DNA of 64,000 nucleotides, taken from assembly GCA_964291495.2 (NCBI GenBank), contig OZ219871.1, positions 64,001 through 128,000 on the forward strand. Direction: 5' to 3'. The notes beneath the pieces are model-generated. The model had not been told where the DNA came from and did no database searches. It was given only the letters and a program-made list of their open reading frames with translations. Below are positions 48,456 to 58,252 of the stretch, one piece after another. Origin of the DNA: Dehalococcoidia bacterium. GTDB lineage: Bacteria; Chloroflexota; Dehalococcoidia; UBA2979. Position 1 is the first letter of the stretch. Each line of letters opens with the position of its first letter. The position numbers and the translations under genes were made by a program.

Positions 48456-49835
48456 TTGATTCTCGAAATAATCAACAGGTGGCCGCGGCGCCTTCGATCC
48501 GGCAGGAACGGCGGGCGCGCGGCGCTCGTGGCGGCCGTCCTCGCGACGCTCGCCCTGCTCGCCGCGGCTTGCGGCGACGGCGAGGTACGGGTGATCGCGC
48601 TCACGCCCACACCCGCCCCGGACGAGACGCCGGTGCGGGATGTGAGCGGACCGTCGATCATTGTCACGGCGACGCCCACCCCGACCGTCCTCGAAGGTGC
48701 GACCGCGACACCGACGCCGACCCAGACCGCCACGCGGGACGAGCCACCCGAGCCGCCGCCGAAGCCGGCCGAGCCGCTCGCCAGCGCGCTGCTGCTCCGC
48801 GACTACCTCGTGACCGGCGAGGCGAACCTGCCCGGCTGCCTCCCCGACCTGGTCTCCGCGTGGGAGCTCGCTCCCACCAGCGGCGAGCGCTGCCTCTTCG
48901 CCGACTTCGACGGAGACGGAGCCAGCGAGTTCGTCTTCGCGCTCACGCTCGCCGACGGCGGCGGAGACATCTGGTTCTACGAGAGCAGCGAGGAGGACTT
49001 CCGGCTCTTCTCCTCGGCGCGCGTGCTGCTGAACGCCACCCTCGATGGCGTGACCATCGAGTCGATCGCGGACCTGACCGCCGATCGCTTCCCCGATCTC
49101 GTGATCTCGACGCTGCGCTGCGAGAACGATCCCTGCACGCGGCGGCTGCTGATCGTCAGCAACCACCACGGGAGCCTGCGGGACCTGATGCCCGCCGGCG
49201 TGCCGGTCAGCACCACTGCCGAAGTTCGCGTCGAGATCCCGCAGGAGGGCTCGGGAGGGACCCCGAGCGAGGCCCAGGCGACGCGGTTGATCATCGAGGA
49301 CGCCATCGTGCCGGACTCCTCGGCGGGACCGGTGCGCAGCTCGAATCTCGCGCTGACCTGGGTCGGCGCGGGGTTCGTCGCGGAAGAAACGAGCGACGCG
49401 CCCCGCTACCTCTTCCACGCAGTCGTGGACGCAGACGAGGCGTTCCGGAGCGGTGACTACGCGAGGGCGCGGACGCTCTATGAGGCGGCGGCAGCGGACA
49501 CCTCGCTCGTCGACTGGCGCGTCGAGCAGGGACGCGCATCGGGCCGGGCGGAGCTTTCCGCCTACTCGCTGTTCCGCGCGGCGCTCGCGGCGCAACGCCT
49601 GCAGGACGAGGCGGGCATGGTCGCACTGCTCGATCAGGCGGTGGACCGGCTTGGCCGGACGCTGCACGGGCAGGTCGCGGCGATCTACCGCGAGGGCCTG
49701 CGGACGGACACTGCGCCGGGTCTGATCTGCTCGGCGATCGAGCAGTTCCTGCGCGCCCAGGAGTCACGCTTCAACGCGATCTGGAACTACGGCCCGCACA
49801 ACCCACGCCACAGCATCGGCGAACTCTGCTCGTAG
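48456..49835 (+). CDS. Putative lipoprotein
   Basis: LAAA|C lipobox, P/T linker, DFDGDG motif, TPR-like helices; start uncertain. Confidence 0.75.
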   Translation: MILEIINRWPRRLRSGRNGGRAALVAAVLATLALLAAACGDGEVRVIALTPTPAPDETPVRDVSGPSIIVTATPTPTVLEGATATPTPTQTATRDEPPEPPPKPAEPLASALLLRDYLVTGEANLPGCLPDLVSAWELAPTSGERCLFADFDGDGASEFVFALTLADGGGDIWFYESSEEDFRLFSSARVLLNATLDGVTIESIADLTADRFPDLVISTLRCENDPCTRRLLIVSNHHGSLRDLMPAGVPVSTTAEVRVEIPQEGSGGTPSEAQATRLIIEDAIVPDSSAGPVRSSNLALTWVGAGFVAEETSDAPRYLFHAVVDADEAFRSGDYARARTLYEAAAADTSLVDWRVEQGRASGRAELSAYSLFRAALAAQRLQDEAGMVALLDQAVDRLGRTLHGQVAAIYREGLRTDTAPGLICSAIEQFLRAQESRFNAIWNYGPHNPRHSIGELCS

Positions 49836-49859
49836 TCCCGAGGCAGGCAGCGACGCCCG

Positions 49860-51173
49860 TTACGGCCCGGCCGCCGGCGGCGTCGGGTAGCGGGCCGCGG
49901 TGAGCGCCAGCGCGGCGGCGAGGAAGAAGACGATGATCAGCGTGAATGGACCCTCGTAGCCGCCGGCGCGGTCGAACCAGATGCCGAGGACGAGCGGCCC
50001 GGCGGCGTTGAAGCCGAGCGCCACCGGCTGGAACGAGCCGCGGATCAGGCCGAGTTGCAGCCTCCCGAAGTACTCGGCGTAGACCACCTGGAGCTGCGTC
50101 ACCATCACGCCGAAGAACACCCCGTACCAGAGGGCGTAGAGCAGCGCCATGCCGAAGCTGTTGACCGCGAGCAGCAGCAGCACGCCGCTGCTCTGGAACA
50201 CCAGCGCAACCGCCATCGTCCAGCGGGAACGCAGTCGCGAGGCAATAGCGCCGCCGAACAGCCCTCCGCCGGCGCCGGCGATCGACATCACGGTCAGGAT
50301 CAACGCCGCCTGGGTCGTCGTGAGACCGCGGTCGACGAGGTGCGGGATCTGGTGGAAGTTGATCGCGCCGTTGCCGAAGATCGCGAGGGCGAACGCCGCT
50401 CCGACCAGCCAGTAGGCGCGCGTGCGCAGCGCCGCGCCGAGCGTCCAGGCCGGGTCGAGCAGCGCGGCCGCCCGGCGCTGCTCGGGTGTGGGCGGAGGAT
50501 CTCCGTCCGGGTGCAGGCCCATGTCCTCGGGGCGACGGCGCATCAACAGCAGCGCCGGCACGATCCCGAAGACCAGGAAGACGACGGCGAGCGCCCGGAA
50601 GCCGTCCGGCCAGCCGCGCGCCGCGATCACGAGCGCGACCATCAGCGGGATCACCGCGTTCCCGACGCGCATGCCGAGCGTGCCGATCGCGATCGCGATC
50701 GGTCGCCGCCGGATGAACCAGTTGGAGACCGCGACGACGGCGGCGGCCATCATCGCCGAGATCGCCAGCGCGCGACCGGCCGCGAAGATCAGGTAGAACT
50801 GCCACAGCTCGCTCAGCTCGGCGAGCAGCAGGCAGCCCACCCCAAGCGCCACGGCCGGACCGGCGATCATCCAGCGCGCGCCGTAGCGGTCGATGACCAC
50901 GCCGAAGAACGGGGAGAGCACGCCGCCGGCGAGACTGCCGATCGTCAGCGCTCCGGCGACCTCCGCGCGGCTCCAGCCGAACTCCTCGTGCAGCGCCGGC
51001 TGGAAGATGCCAAGCACCGAGTTGAGGTACCCGACGTGCGAGAACGTCGCGAGGAAGGCGACGCCGACGATCGTCCACCCGTAGAACCAGCGCCCGGAAT
51101 GCAGCAGCCGGAGGCCGCCGGGCCGGGCCGGGCGGGCATCAGCCGGCCGCGATCGTCGAGAACCGGCCGGCAT
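49860..51173 (-). CDS. MFS transporter (OFA-like)
   Basis: FYGW, EFGWSR, G..IDRYGAR, NWF.RRR, EYFG. Confidence 0.92.
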   Translation of the reverse strand: MPAGSRRSRPADARPARPGGLRLLHSGRWFYGWTIVGVAFLATFSHVGYLNSVLGIFQPALHEEFGWSRAEVAGALTIGSLAGGVLSPFFGVVIDRYGARWMIAGPAVALGVGCLLLAELSELWQFYLIFAAGRALAISAMMAAAVVAVSNWFIRRRPIAIAIGTLGMRVGNAVIPLMVALVIAARGWPDGFRALAVVFLVFGIVPALLLMRRRPEDMGLHPDGDPPPTPEQRRAAALLDPAWTLGAALRTRAYWLVGAAFALAIFGNGAINFHQIPHLVDRGLTTTQAALILTVMSIAGAGGGLFGGAIASRLRSRWTMAVALVFQSSGVLLLLAVNSFGMALLYALWYGVFFGVMVTQLQVVYAEYFGRLQLGLIRGSFQPVALGFNAAGPLVLGIWFDRAGGYEGPFTLIIVFFLAAALALTAARYPTPPAAGP

Positions 51174-51324
51174 CAGCGCCCTTCTCCGGGACCGGCGGCG
51201 CTCCGGGCCGCGCGATCGTTGACCGCGTCCAGCGCGCGCGCGTACGGTGCTGAGACCTTAGCGCAGCACGCCGCCAGGGGCTGCGTGGAGCGCCGCGAGG
51301 TTCAGCGGCGACGGGAGACCGGCG

Positions 51325-51774
51325 ATGCTCGGATGGCTGCGGTCCGTCGTGCTGACCCTGATCTTCGCGCTGCTCGGCGCCGCGGCCGGGCGCGCCTTCG
51401 CCGAGCAGCGCCGCCGCGCCGAGGAAGGCGAGCCGGACCTGCTCGACGAGGGCCCCGAGGCGGTCCTCGAAGTCGCGCTCGCCCAGCCCACGGTGCAGGA
51501 GATCGTGCCGGGCCTGGTGGCGGCGACGCGGGTGCGGCACCGCCCCTGGTCCTTCCTCGGCATCCCACCCTGGGCGGCGGCCTTCGCCGTCAACTTCCTG
51601 GTTACGGCGATGGGCGGCAGCCTGAGCGAGGCCCTCGAGCGCGCCGGCCTGATGACGTCGGATGAGGCGGGGACGGTGATCGACGACTTCCCGGCGGACG
51701 CCGCTGCGACAGGCGGCGGTGAGCCGCCGCCGGACCCCCCACCGGCGGAGGGCTTCACGCCGTTCGAGGAGTGA
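51325..51774 (+). CDS. Hypothetical membrane protein
   Basis: GGAG RBS, N-terminal hydrophobic helix. Confidence 0.65.
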   Translation: MLGWLRSVVLTLIFALLGAAAGRAFAEQRRRAEEGEPDLLDEGPEAVLEVALAQPTVQEIVPGLVAATRVRHRPWSFLGIPPWAAAFAVNFLVTAMGGSLSEALERAGLMTSDEAGTVIDDFPADAAATGGGEPPPDPPPAEGFTPFEE

Positions 51775-51811
51775 GCCGCCACGCCCTCGGAGCCGCGCAA
51801 CCGACTCGGGG

Positions 51812-52228
51812 ATGCGCATGACGGAGCGCGAGTTCACGCTGGACGAGGCGCGCGAGGCGCTGGCCGCCGCGCGGCCGGCGTTCGAGGAACTGCGAGAGGT
51901 ACAGCGCCAGATCAACGTGCTCTCCGGCGAACTCGCACGGATTCGCGAGCGAAGCCGCGGGAACGGCCGCGCGCACGGCGCGCACGAGCGCGAGACCGCG
52001 GGACGCATCACCGTGCTGGGCGAGCGCGCGCAACGCCTGCTCGCCGCGATCACGGATGCGGGCGCCGAAGTGAAGGGCCTCGAGCAGGGCCTGCTCGACT
52101 TCCCGACGACGATCGAGGGCCGGCCCGCCTACTGGTGCTGGCAGGCCGGCGAGGCGGACATCGGCTGGTGGCACCCGCGCGAGAGCGGCTTCGCCGGCCG
52201 CCGCCCGATCGACCCGACAGCGCCGTAG
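51812..52228 (+). CDS. DUF2203 family protein
   Basis: FTLDEA, K....GLLDFP, YWCW..GE..I.WWH...GFAGRRP. Confidence 0.88.
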   Translation: MRMTEREFTLDEAREALAAARPAFEELREVQRQINVLSGELARIRERSRGNGRAHGAHERETAGRITVLGERAQRLLAAITDAGAEVKGLEQGLLDFPTTIEGRPAYWCWQAGEADIGWWHPRESGFAGRRPIDPTAP

Positions 52229-52313
52229 CGAGGGGCTGACCAACGCCCGGCGCTTGCTCGCCCCCACCCCGCCTCGGTACTCTCAGCGTGGGGGACCGGC
52301 CCGGAGGGCACCT

Positions 52314-52874
52314 ATGCAACTCGCGCTCGTTCTGGGCGCCGCCTACCTCCTCGGCTCCGTGCCGAGCGCCTACCTCGTCGTTCGCCGCCTGACCGGCGAG
52401 GACATTCGCCGCATCGGCAGCGGCAACCCCGGAACCATGAACGTGCGCGACCACGTCGGTTTCAAGACCGCGGTGATCGTCGGCGCGCTGGACATCGGCA
52501 AGGGCGCCGCCGCGGTCGCCCTCGCCTACGCCGTCGGCCTCGGCGAGGGCGAAGCCGTGCTGGCGGGCTTCGTCGCCGTCGTCGGCCACCTGTGGCCGAT
52601 CTTCCTGCGGCTGGATGGAGGCAACGGGACGGGCCCGACGGTGGGCGCGATCCTCGTGCTGCTGCCCGCTCCGACCCTGATCGCCAGCGCCGTCGCCTTC
52701 ATCGTCTGGCGGCTCGCTGGCTCGAGGCGGCTCGCCGGCCTCACCGGCCTGCTCTCCGTGATCCCGATCGCCTACGTGCTGGAAGCGCCGCAGACGCCGA
52801 TGGTCGGCGTCGCCGCACTCGTCGCCCTGCTCTTCGTCAAGCTCTGGCGCGTCGAAGGGGTGGCGATCGCATGA
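52314..52874 (+). CDS. plsY: Glycerol-3-phosphate acyltransferase
   Basis: AYLLGSVP, DIR..GSGNPG..N, DIGKG, GH.WP.F....GG.G. Confidence 0.85.
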   Translation: MQLALVLGAAYLLGSVPSAYLVVRRLTGEDIRRIGSGNPGTMNVRDHVGFKTAVIVGALDIGKGAAAVALAYAVGLGEGEAVLAGFVAVVGHLWPIFLRLDGGNGTGPTVGAILVLLPAPTLIASAVAFIVWRLAGSRRLAGLTGLLSVIPIAYVLEAPQTPMVGVAALVALLFVKLWRVEGVAIA

Positions 52875-53731
52875 CCTCCCCGATGAGCGACCACTTCTCC
52901 GATCTGCTCGAGCGCTTCCGCGTCACCGTCGCCGGGCGGCCGGATGAGACGCCGCTGGCGCGCGCCGCGCTGCTCATCGCCCAGGCCGAGGCGCCCGGCC
53001 TCGACATCGACCGCTACGAGGCGCAGCTTGACGAGTGGGGACGCGAGCTGGCGGCGCGCGTGCTTCCCGCCGGCGGGCCCGAGGAGCGACTCGACGCCGC
53101 GAACGACCTGCTCTTCAACGAGCTCGGCTTCCGCGGTAACGAGGACCACTACGCCGACCCTCGCAACCTGCTGCTGCACGAGGTGATCGAGCGGCGCACC
53201 GGCATCCCCGTCTCGCTCGCCATCCTCGCCGTCGACGTCGGCCAGCGCGCCGGTCTGGCGTTGCACGCCGTCGGGCTGCCGGGCCACGTGGTGACCCGCC
53301 TCGACGTCGAGGACGGCGAGCCGCTGTTCAGCGACGTCTTCCGCGGCGGCGCCCGGCGCTCGGTGGAGCAACTGGAGCAGATCGTGCGCTCGATCTACGG
53401 CGCCCGCACGCCCTTCCGCGACCACTTCCTGGACCCGCTCACGCCTCGGCAGGTGCTGCAGCGGCTGCTGCACAACCTCAAGGGCCGGGCGCTCCAGCGT
53501 GGCGACGAGGAGCAGGCGGAGCGCGCGATCGAGTTGCTGCTCACGCTCGCCCCCTGGGATCTCGACGAGTTGCGGGACCGCGGCCGCCTGCAGGAGCGCG
53601 CCGGCAACTACGCCGCCGCGCTGCCGGACCTCGAGGCCTACGTGCGCTTCCGGCCGGAAGCGCCGGACGCCGCAACGATCACCGAGGCGGTACGCTCGCT
53701 GCGGCGTCACCTCGCAGCCGAGACGGCCTGA
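52871..53731 (+). CDS. SirB1/transglutaminase-like TPR protein
   Basis: LGFRGN...Y.DPRN, RR.GIP..L, GLPGH, RDRG. Confidence 0.9.
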   Translation: MTSPMSDHFSDLLERFRVTVAGRPDETPLARAALLIAQAEAPGLDIDRYEAQLDEWGRELAARVLPAGGPEERLDAANDLLFNELGFRGNEDHYADPRNLLLHEVIERRTGIPVSLAILAVDVGQRAGLALHAVGLPGHVVTRLDVEDGEPLFSDVFRGGARRSVEQLEQIVRSIYGARTPFRDHFLDPLTPRQVLQRLLHNLKGRALQRGDEEQAERAIELLLTLAPWDLDELRDRGRLQERAGNYAAALPDLEAYVRFRPEAPDAATITEAVRSLRRHLAAETA

Positions 53732-53758
53732 GCGGGCACGGGACGGATTGAGGCGGTA

Positions 53759-54316
53759 ATGGCGCAATCCTCGCACCCCTCGCGCGCGCTCAAGCGTGAA
53801 CTGCTCTCCGAAACGACCGCACCGGCAAGCGAGCTCGTGATCGTCAGCGAGCGTTTCGAGTACGCCACGCAGCACTCCAGCGAGTTCGTCGACATCACCG
53901 CCGACGTGCGCTCGGTCATCGAGCGCTCGGGCGTCGTCGTCGGACAGGTGCTGGCCGCATCGGCGCACACGACGGCGGCGGTAACCGTGCAGGAGCACGA
54001 GCCGCTGCTGCTGCGCGACATGGCGCGCGTCCTCGACCGCATCATCCCCGCCGACGACTACTACGAGCACAACGACTTCACGATCCGCACCGACGTACCC
54101 GAGGGCGAGCCGGAGAACGGCCACTCGCACTGCCAGCACCTGCTGATCGGCGCGAGCGAGACGCTGCCGATCCAGAACGGCGAGGTCCGGCTCGGCGTCT
54201 GGCAGAGCATCTTCCTCGTCGAGCTCGACTTCCCGCCGGGCCGCTTCGAGGGCGAGCAGCTGCGCAGCGTCACCGTGCAGGTCATGGGCCTGCGCGGCGA
54301 AGCCGAGTCCGGCTAG
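53759..54316 (+). CDS. yjbQ: YjbQ family (secondary thiamine-phosphate synthase)
   Basis: FVDIT, HTTA, NGHSH, LGVWQ.IF..E.D. Confidence 0.88.
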   Translation: MAQSSHPSRALKRELLSETTAPASELVIVSERFEYATQHSSEFVDITADVRSVIERSGVVVGQVLAASAHTTAAVTVQEHEPLLLRDMARVLDRIIPADDYYEHNDFTIRTDVPEGEPENGHSHCQHLLIGASETLPIQNGEVRLGVWQSIFLVELDFPPGRFEGEQLRSVTVQVMGLRGEAESG

Positions 54317-54345
54317 CGCCCCACCCCGGTGCTGACTGCCCTCGC

Positions 54346-54489
54346 CGGCCGCGCTGTCGCGCGGCGCCCCCTCACCCCCCGCCCTCCCCCGCCAGGGGGG
54401 AGGGAGCCGGATCGGCGCGCCGAAGTCCCGAGGCCGGATCCGATCCCCTCTCCCCCTGCGGGAGAGGGTTAGGGTGAGGGGGACTCCGG
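54346..54489. repeat. Inverted pair of REP-like units
   Basis: Unit A 54346-54412; unit B containing GGGAGAGGGTTAGGGTGAGGG at 54460-54480. Confidence 0.85.
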
Positions 54490-54523
54490 TTCCCCCTGCC
54501 CGGCACCTCGCTACGATGGCGCC

Positions 54524-55699
54524 GTGAGCACGCAACCGGCAGCCGACGACTTCGCCCTCGCAGCGGGCGCGACGCCCCTCGCGGCGGTGATCGAGGCGGA
54601 GATCGCCGCCGCGGGGCGCATCACCTTCGCGCGCTTCATGGAGCTCGCCCTCGGTCACCCGGAGCACGGCTACTACGCCCGCCCCGGCCTCGCCTGGGGC
54701 CGCGACGGCGACTACGAGACCTCGCCCGAGGTGCACCCGATCTTCGGCTACCTCTGGGCGCGTCAGGTCGCCGACTGCTGGGAGCGCCTCGGAGCACCCC
54801 CGGCCTTCGAGCTCGTAGAGCCGGGCGCGGGATCCGGCGCCTTCGCCTCGGCACTGCTCGACTGGCTGCGGGCGCGCGCACCGGACTGCCACGCCGCCGC
54901 GCGCGTCACCCTGCTCGACGGCCACCCGGCGCGCGGCGACGAGCAGCGAGCCGCCCTCGCCGCCCGCGGCCACGAGGCGCGCACCGCCCTGCTCGCCGAC
55001 TGGCTTGCCGAGCCCGAACCCATCGAGGGCGTCGCGATCAGCAACGAGCTGTTCGACGCCTTCCCCGTCCACCTCGTCGAGCGCCGCGGCGAGGAGCTGC
55101 GCGAGTGGTACGTGACGAGCGAGGGCGGCGCGCTGCGCCTCAAGCTGGGCGAGCTCAGCGACCCGGCGCTCGCCGCGCACTTCGCGCGCCTCGGCGTCGA
55201 GCCCGGCGACGGCTGCCGCGCCGAGGTCTCGTTCGCGGCGATCGAGGTGATGCGCGCGCTTGCCTCGCGCTTCCGTCGTGGCTACCTGCTGACGATCGAC
55301 TACGGCTACGAGGCGGAGCGGCTCTACGCGCCGTGGCGGCGCATGGGCACGCTGATGGCGTTCCGCCGCCACAGCCCGCAGCCGGACCCGCTCGCCCAGC
55401 CCGGCCTCACCGACCTCACCGCCCACGTCGACCTCACCTCGCTGGCCGCCGCGGCCTCCGACGCCGGCTTCGAATCCGCCCCCTCCGTCTCCCAGTCCGA
55501 GGCCTTGATCGCCCTCGGCATCGGCGAGCAGCTGGAAGCCGCCCGCGAGCGCGCCTCCGGCGACCTCGCCGCCTACACCACCGCCCGCCGCGCCGCCGAC
55601 ACCCTCCTCGACCCCGCCGGGTTGGGTCGCGTGCGCGTGCTGGTGCAGGCGAAGGGGGTGGGGTTGGAGGGGTTGGCTTGTTTGCGGGGGGTGGGTTGA
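54524..55699 (+). CDS. MidA/NDUFAF7-family SAM-dependent methyltransferase
   Basis: ITFARFMELAL..PEHGYY, DY.TSPE, EPGAGSG, NELFDAFPV, IDYG, DLTAHVD. Confidence 0.92.
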   Translation: MSTQPAADDFALAAGATPLAAVIEAEIAAAGRITFARFMELALGHPEHGYYARPGLAWGRDGDYETSPEVHPIFGYLWARQVADCWERLGAPPAFELVEPGAGSGAFASALLDWLRARAPDCHAAARVTLLDGHPARGDEQRAALAARGHEARTALLADWLAEPEPIEGVAISNELFDAFPVHLVERRGEELREWYVTSEGGALRLKLGELSDPALAAHFARLGVEPGDGCRAEVSFAAIEVMRALASRFRRGYLLTIDYGYEAERLYAPWRRMGTLMAFRRHSPQPDPLAQPGLTDLTAHVDLTSLAAAASDAGFESAPSVSQSEALIALGIGEQLEAARERASGDLAAYTTARRAADTLLDPAGLGRVRVLVQAKGVGLEGLACLRGVG

Positions 55700-55751
55700 C
55701 GCCCGCCGTCGCGGTAGCCCCCAATCCCCCAACCCGTGCGACAATGGCCGC

Positions 55752-56174
55752 ATGCCAGCAACGACGACCGGCTACAGCGAGGCGCTGATCGATCACTTTG
55801 AGCGGCCGCGCAACGCGGGGGCGATGGAGGATGCGGACGCCGAGGCGTACGTGACCAACCCCGTGTGCGGGGATTCGATGCGCATCTTCCTGCGGATCGA
55901 GGATGAGCGCGTGGCCGCCGCTTCCTTCCTGACCTCCGGCTGCCCCGCCTCCATCGGCACGTCCTCCGCCGCCACCGAACTGCTGATCGGACGCAGCCTC
56001 GACGAGGCCGCGGCGCTCAGCCGTGAGGACTACGCCGAGGCCGTCGGCGGGCTGCCGAAGTCCAAGCTGCACTGCTCCGTCCTCGCCGCCGCCGCCGTGC
56101 GCGAGGCGATCGAGGGCTGGCGCAACGATCACGTCACTGCCGAGGCCGGCGAGCGCGCGGGAGCCGCCTCGTGA
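55752..56174 (+). CDS. iscU: Fe-S cluster scaffold (IscU/NifU-N type)
   Basis: DHF..PRN.G, NPVCGD, GCPAS, LPKSKLHCSVLA. Confidence 0.88.
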   Translation: MPATTTGYSEALIDHFERPRNAGAMEDADAEAYVTNPVCGDSMRIFLRIEDERVAAASFLTSGCPASIGTSSAATELLIGRSLDEAAALSREDYAEAVGGLPKSKLHCSVLAAAAVREAIEGWRNDHVTAEAGERAGAAS

Positions 56175-56800
56175 GCGTCGCGGCGCTCCTGCTCGCCGCC
56201 GGGGCTTCGACCCGCATGGGCTCGCCCAAGCCGCTGCTGCCCTGGGGCGGCGGCTCGCTGCTCGCCTGGGAGCTCGACGAGCTCACACGCACGCAGATCG
56301 AGGGCATCGTGGTCGTCACCGGCGCGTACGCCGACGACGTGCGGCGCGCGCTGCCCGAGGGCCGGCGCCAGCACTGCGTGTTCAACGCGCGCTGGGCGCA
56401 GGGCCGCTCGACCTCGCTGGCCGCGGGCGCGGCGGCGCTGCTCTCGCCCATGCGCAGGCGCCCCGACGCGGTCGTGATCCAGAACGTGGACCAGCCGACG
56501 CGCGCCGACATCATCGACCGGCTCGTCGACGAGCTGCGCTCGACGGGCGCGGAGGCCGTCCAGCCCTCGTACCTCGGCTCGCGGGGCCACCCGGTCGTCG
56601 TCTCCGGCGAGCTGCTCGAGGAGTTGGCGGCGGCGACGGAGGAGGAGCTGGGCCTGCGCTCCGTGCTGCGCCGCCACCCGCCGCTGGAGCTGGCGATGGA
56701 CGACGAGCCGATCGTGCGCATCGACCTCGACACGCCCGACACGCTCGCCGAGGGCCGCCGGCTCTGCGGCGTCCCCGACCCCGCCCCCGCCGGGCGGTAG
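56171..56800 (+). CDS. MocA-like nucleotidyltransferase
   Basis: LLAAGASTRMGSPK.LL, VDQP, GHPV, DLDTP. Confidence 0.85.
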   Translation: MSVAALLLAAGASTRMGSPKPLLPWGGGSLLAWELDELTRTQIEGIVVVTGAYADDVRRALPEGRRQHCVFNARWAQGRSTSLAAGAAALLSPMRRRPDAVVIQNVDQPTRADIIDRLVDELRSTGAEAVQPSYLGSRGHPVVVSGELLEELAAATEEELGLRSVLRRHPPLELAMDDEPIVRIDLDTPDTLAEGRRLCGVPDPAPAGR

Positions 56801-56838
56801 CGGCGGCCGGGCTGGCCGGACGCAGCGAGGCGGCCCGC

Positions 56839-57591
56839 GTGTCCGGCGAGCCGCTGCGCCTCGACTGCCTGGGGTCCGGGTTCGCGTTCTCGCACGGGAG
56901 CTACTGGAGCGGGTTCCTGCTCGACGGGCGGGTGCTGCTCGACTGCCCGCCGCAGACGCTCGCGCACCTCTTCCGGCTCGGCGTGGCGACGCAGGCGATC
57001 GACCTCGTGCTGCTCTCGCACGAGCACTCCGACCACATCGGCGGCATGGACCTCTTCCTGCTGGAGGCGACGGTGGGCCGCGCGGCCCGCGAGGGGGCCC
57101 CACGCGAGCGGCCGCTCGCCGTCGCCGGACCGCCCGGCATCCACGCCCGGCTGCGCGAGGTGATCGGGCCCTCGGAGCGGCTGCCGGAGCGCGACGACCC
57201 GCGCGTGCGCTGGTTCGAGCAGGCGGGCGGCTCGGCCTTCGAGTGGGCCGGGCTGCGTGTCGACTGCGTCTCGATGGAGCACGGCCACGGCATCGAGGCG
57301 CTCGGCTTCCGCGTCTCGCACCCGGACGGCGTCGTCGCCTACACCGGCGACACGGCCTACGTCGACGCCGTGCTGACCCTCGCCGAGGGCGGGGACCTGC
57401 TGATCACGGAGTGCGGCGGCGACCGGCCCTACGGCCACACGAGCTGGGAGGACGTGCGCGAGCTGCGCGACGCCCTCGCCCCCTCGACGCGCCTGCTGGT
57501 GACGCACTACGACCCGCTCGCCGTGCCGGACTGGGCGCGCGCCCTCGGTGGCGTCGAGCTGGCCGAGGATTTCGCCGTCTACGAGATCTGA
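56839..57591 (+). CDS. MBL-fold hydrolase (RNase Z-like)
   Basis: LGSG, LLDC, SHEHSDHIGG, YTGDT, HT, TH. Confidence 0.88.
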   Translation: MSGEPLRLDCLGSGFAFSHGSYWSGFLLDGRVLLDCPPQTLAHLFRLGVATQAIDLVLLSHEHSDHIGGMDLFLLEATVGRAAREGAPRERPLAVAGPPGIHARLREVIGPSERLPERDDPRVRWFEQAGGSAFEWAGLRVDCVSMEHGHGIEALGFRVSHPDGVVAYTGDTAYVDAVLTLAEGGDLLITECGGDRPYGHTSWEDVRELRDALAPSTRLLVTHYDPLAVPDWARALGGVELAEDFAVYEI

Positions 57592-58208
57592 GGCGGCAGC
57601 GTCTCCCAGTCCGGCGCAAGCACCGGGATGCCGAGCTCGGGGGTTGGCGCCCAGGTCCGCCAGCGATCGTCGATGGCGGGGTGGTCGCCACGCTGGATCC
57701 AGGCGATCGCGCGCTCGGCCTCGGCGCGGGTCGCCTCGGCCTCCTCGCGGGTCATGCTGCCGTAGGCGACCGCCTCATCGAGCTCGTCCTCGTCCTTCCA
57801 CTCCGGCTCGCCGAGGCCGGGCGGGAAGACGATGTCGAGGTGCTGGTCGGAGGTATCGAGGCCGATCGCCGTGCGGCGGAAGGGCGCCTCGAGGTTCACG
57901 TACCAGCGCCGCACGTCGCCCTCGCCGAGGAAGACGAGCACGGAGTGGGCGGCGCCCTCGATGAAGACGCGCACCATCCCGCGGCCGTACCAGACGTCGT
58001 CGCGCAGCCGCCACTCACCGTGGGGCAGCCGGATGTCGTTGCCCTCGAGGTCGGTCGGGCGCTTCCAGACGGTGCCCGGCGGCGTGCAGGCGGCGATCAC
58101 GTCGCCGCGATCCTCGATGACGACGAAGGCCCAGGCCGTGAAGACGCGGCCGTACCAGATGCTGCGGCCGGTGATGTGGTCGCCGGGCTGCCAGCGGGCG
58201 GCGGTCAT
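57579..58208 (-). CDS. DUF402 domain protein
   Basis: WYVNLEAP..R...G.DT.D..LD, WKDEDE. Confidence 0.88.
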   Translation of the reverse strand: MTAARWQPGDHITGRSIWYGRVFTAWAFVVIEDRGDVIAACTPPGTVWKRPTDLEGNDIRLPHGEWRLRDDVWYGRGMVRVFIEGAAHSVLVFLGEGDVRRWYVNLEAPFRRTAIGLDTSDQHLDIVFPPGLGEPEWKDEDELDEAVAYGSMTREEAEATRAEAERAIAWIQRGDHPAIDDRWRTWAPTPELGIPVLAPDWETLPPQIS

Positions 58209-58252
58209 GAGTTGGCCGCGCGTATCAGGACGTTGGCGTCAACGAAGCGCAT
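58205..58252 (-). pseudogene. Truncated PIN/VapC toxin remnant (MRFVDANVLIRAANS*)
   Basis: PIN beta-1 motif F-V-D-(T/A)-N-V-L overlapping the antitoxin 3' end; stop after 15 codons. Confidence 0.7.

Noticed and set aside
54460-54480. Telomere or eukaryotic contamination (TTAGGG)
   Set aside because: A single hexamer inside a bacterial intergenic repeat
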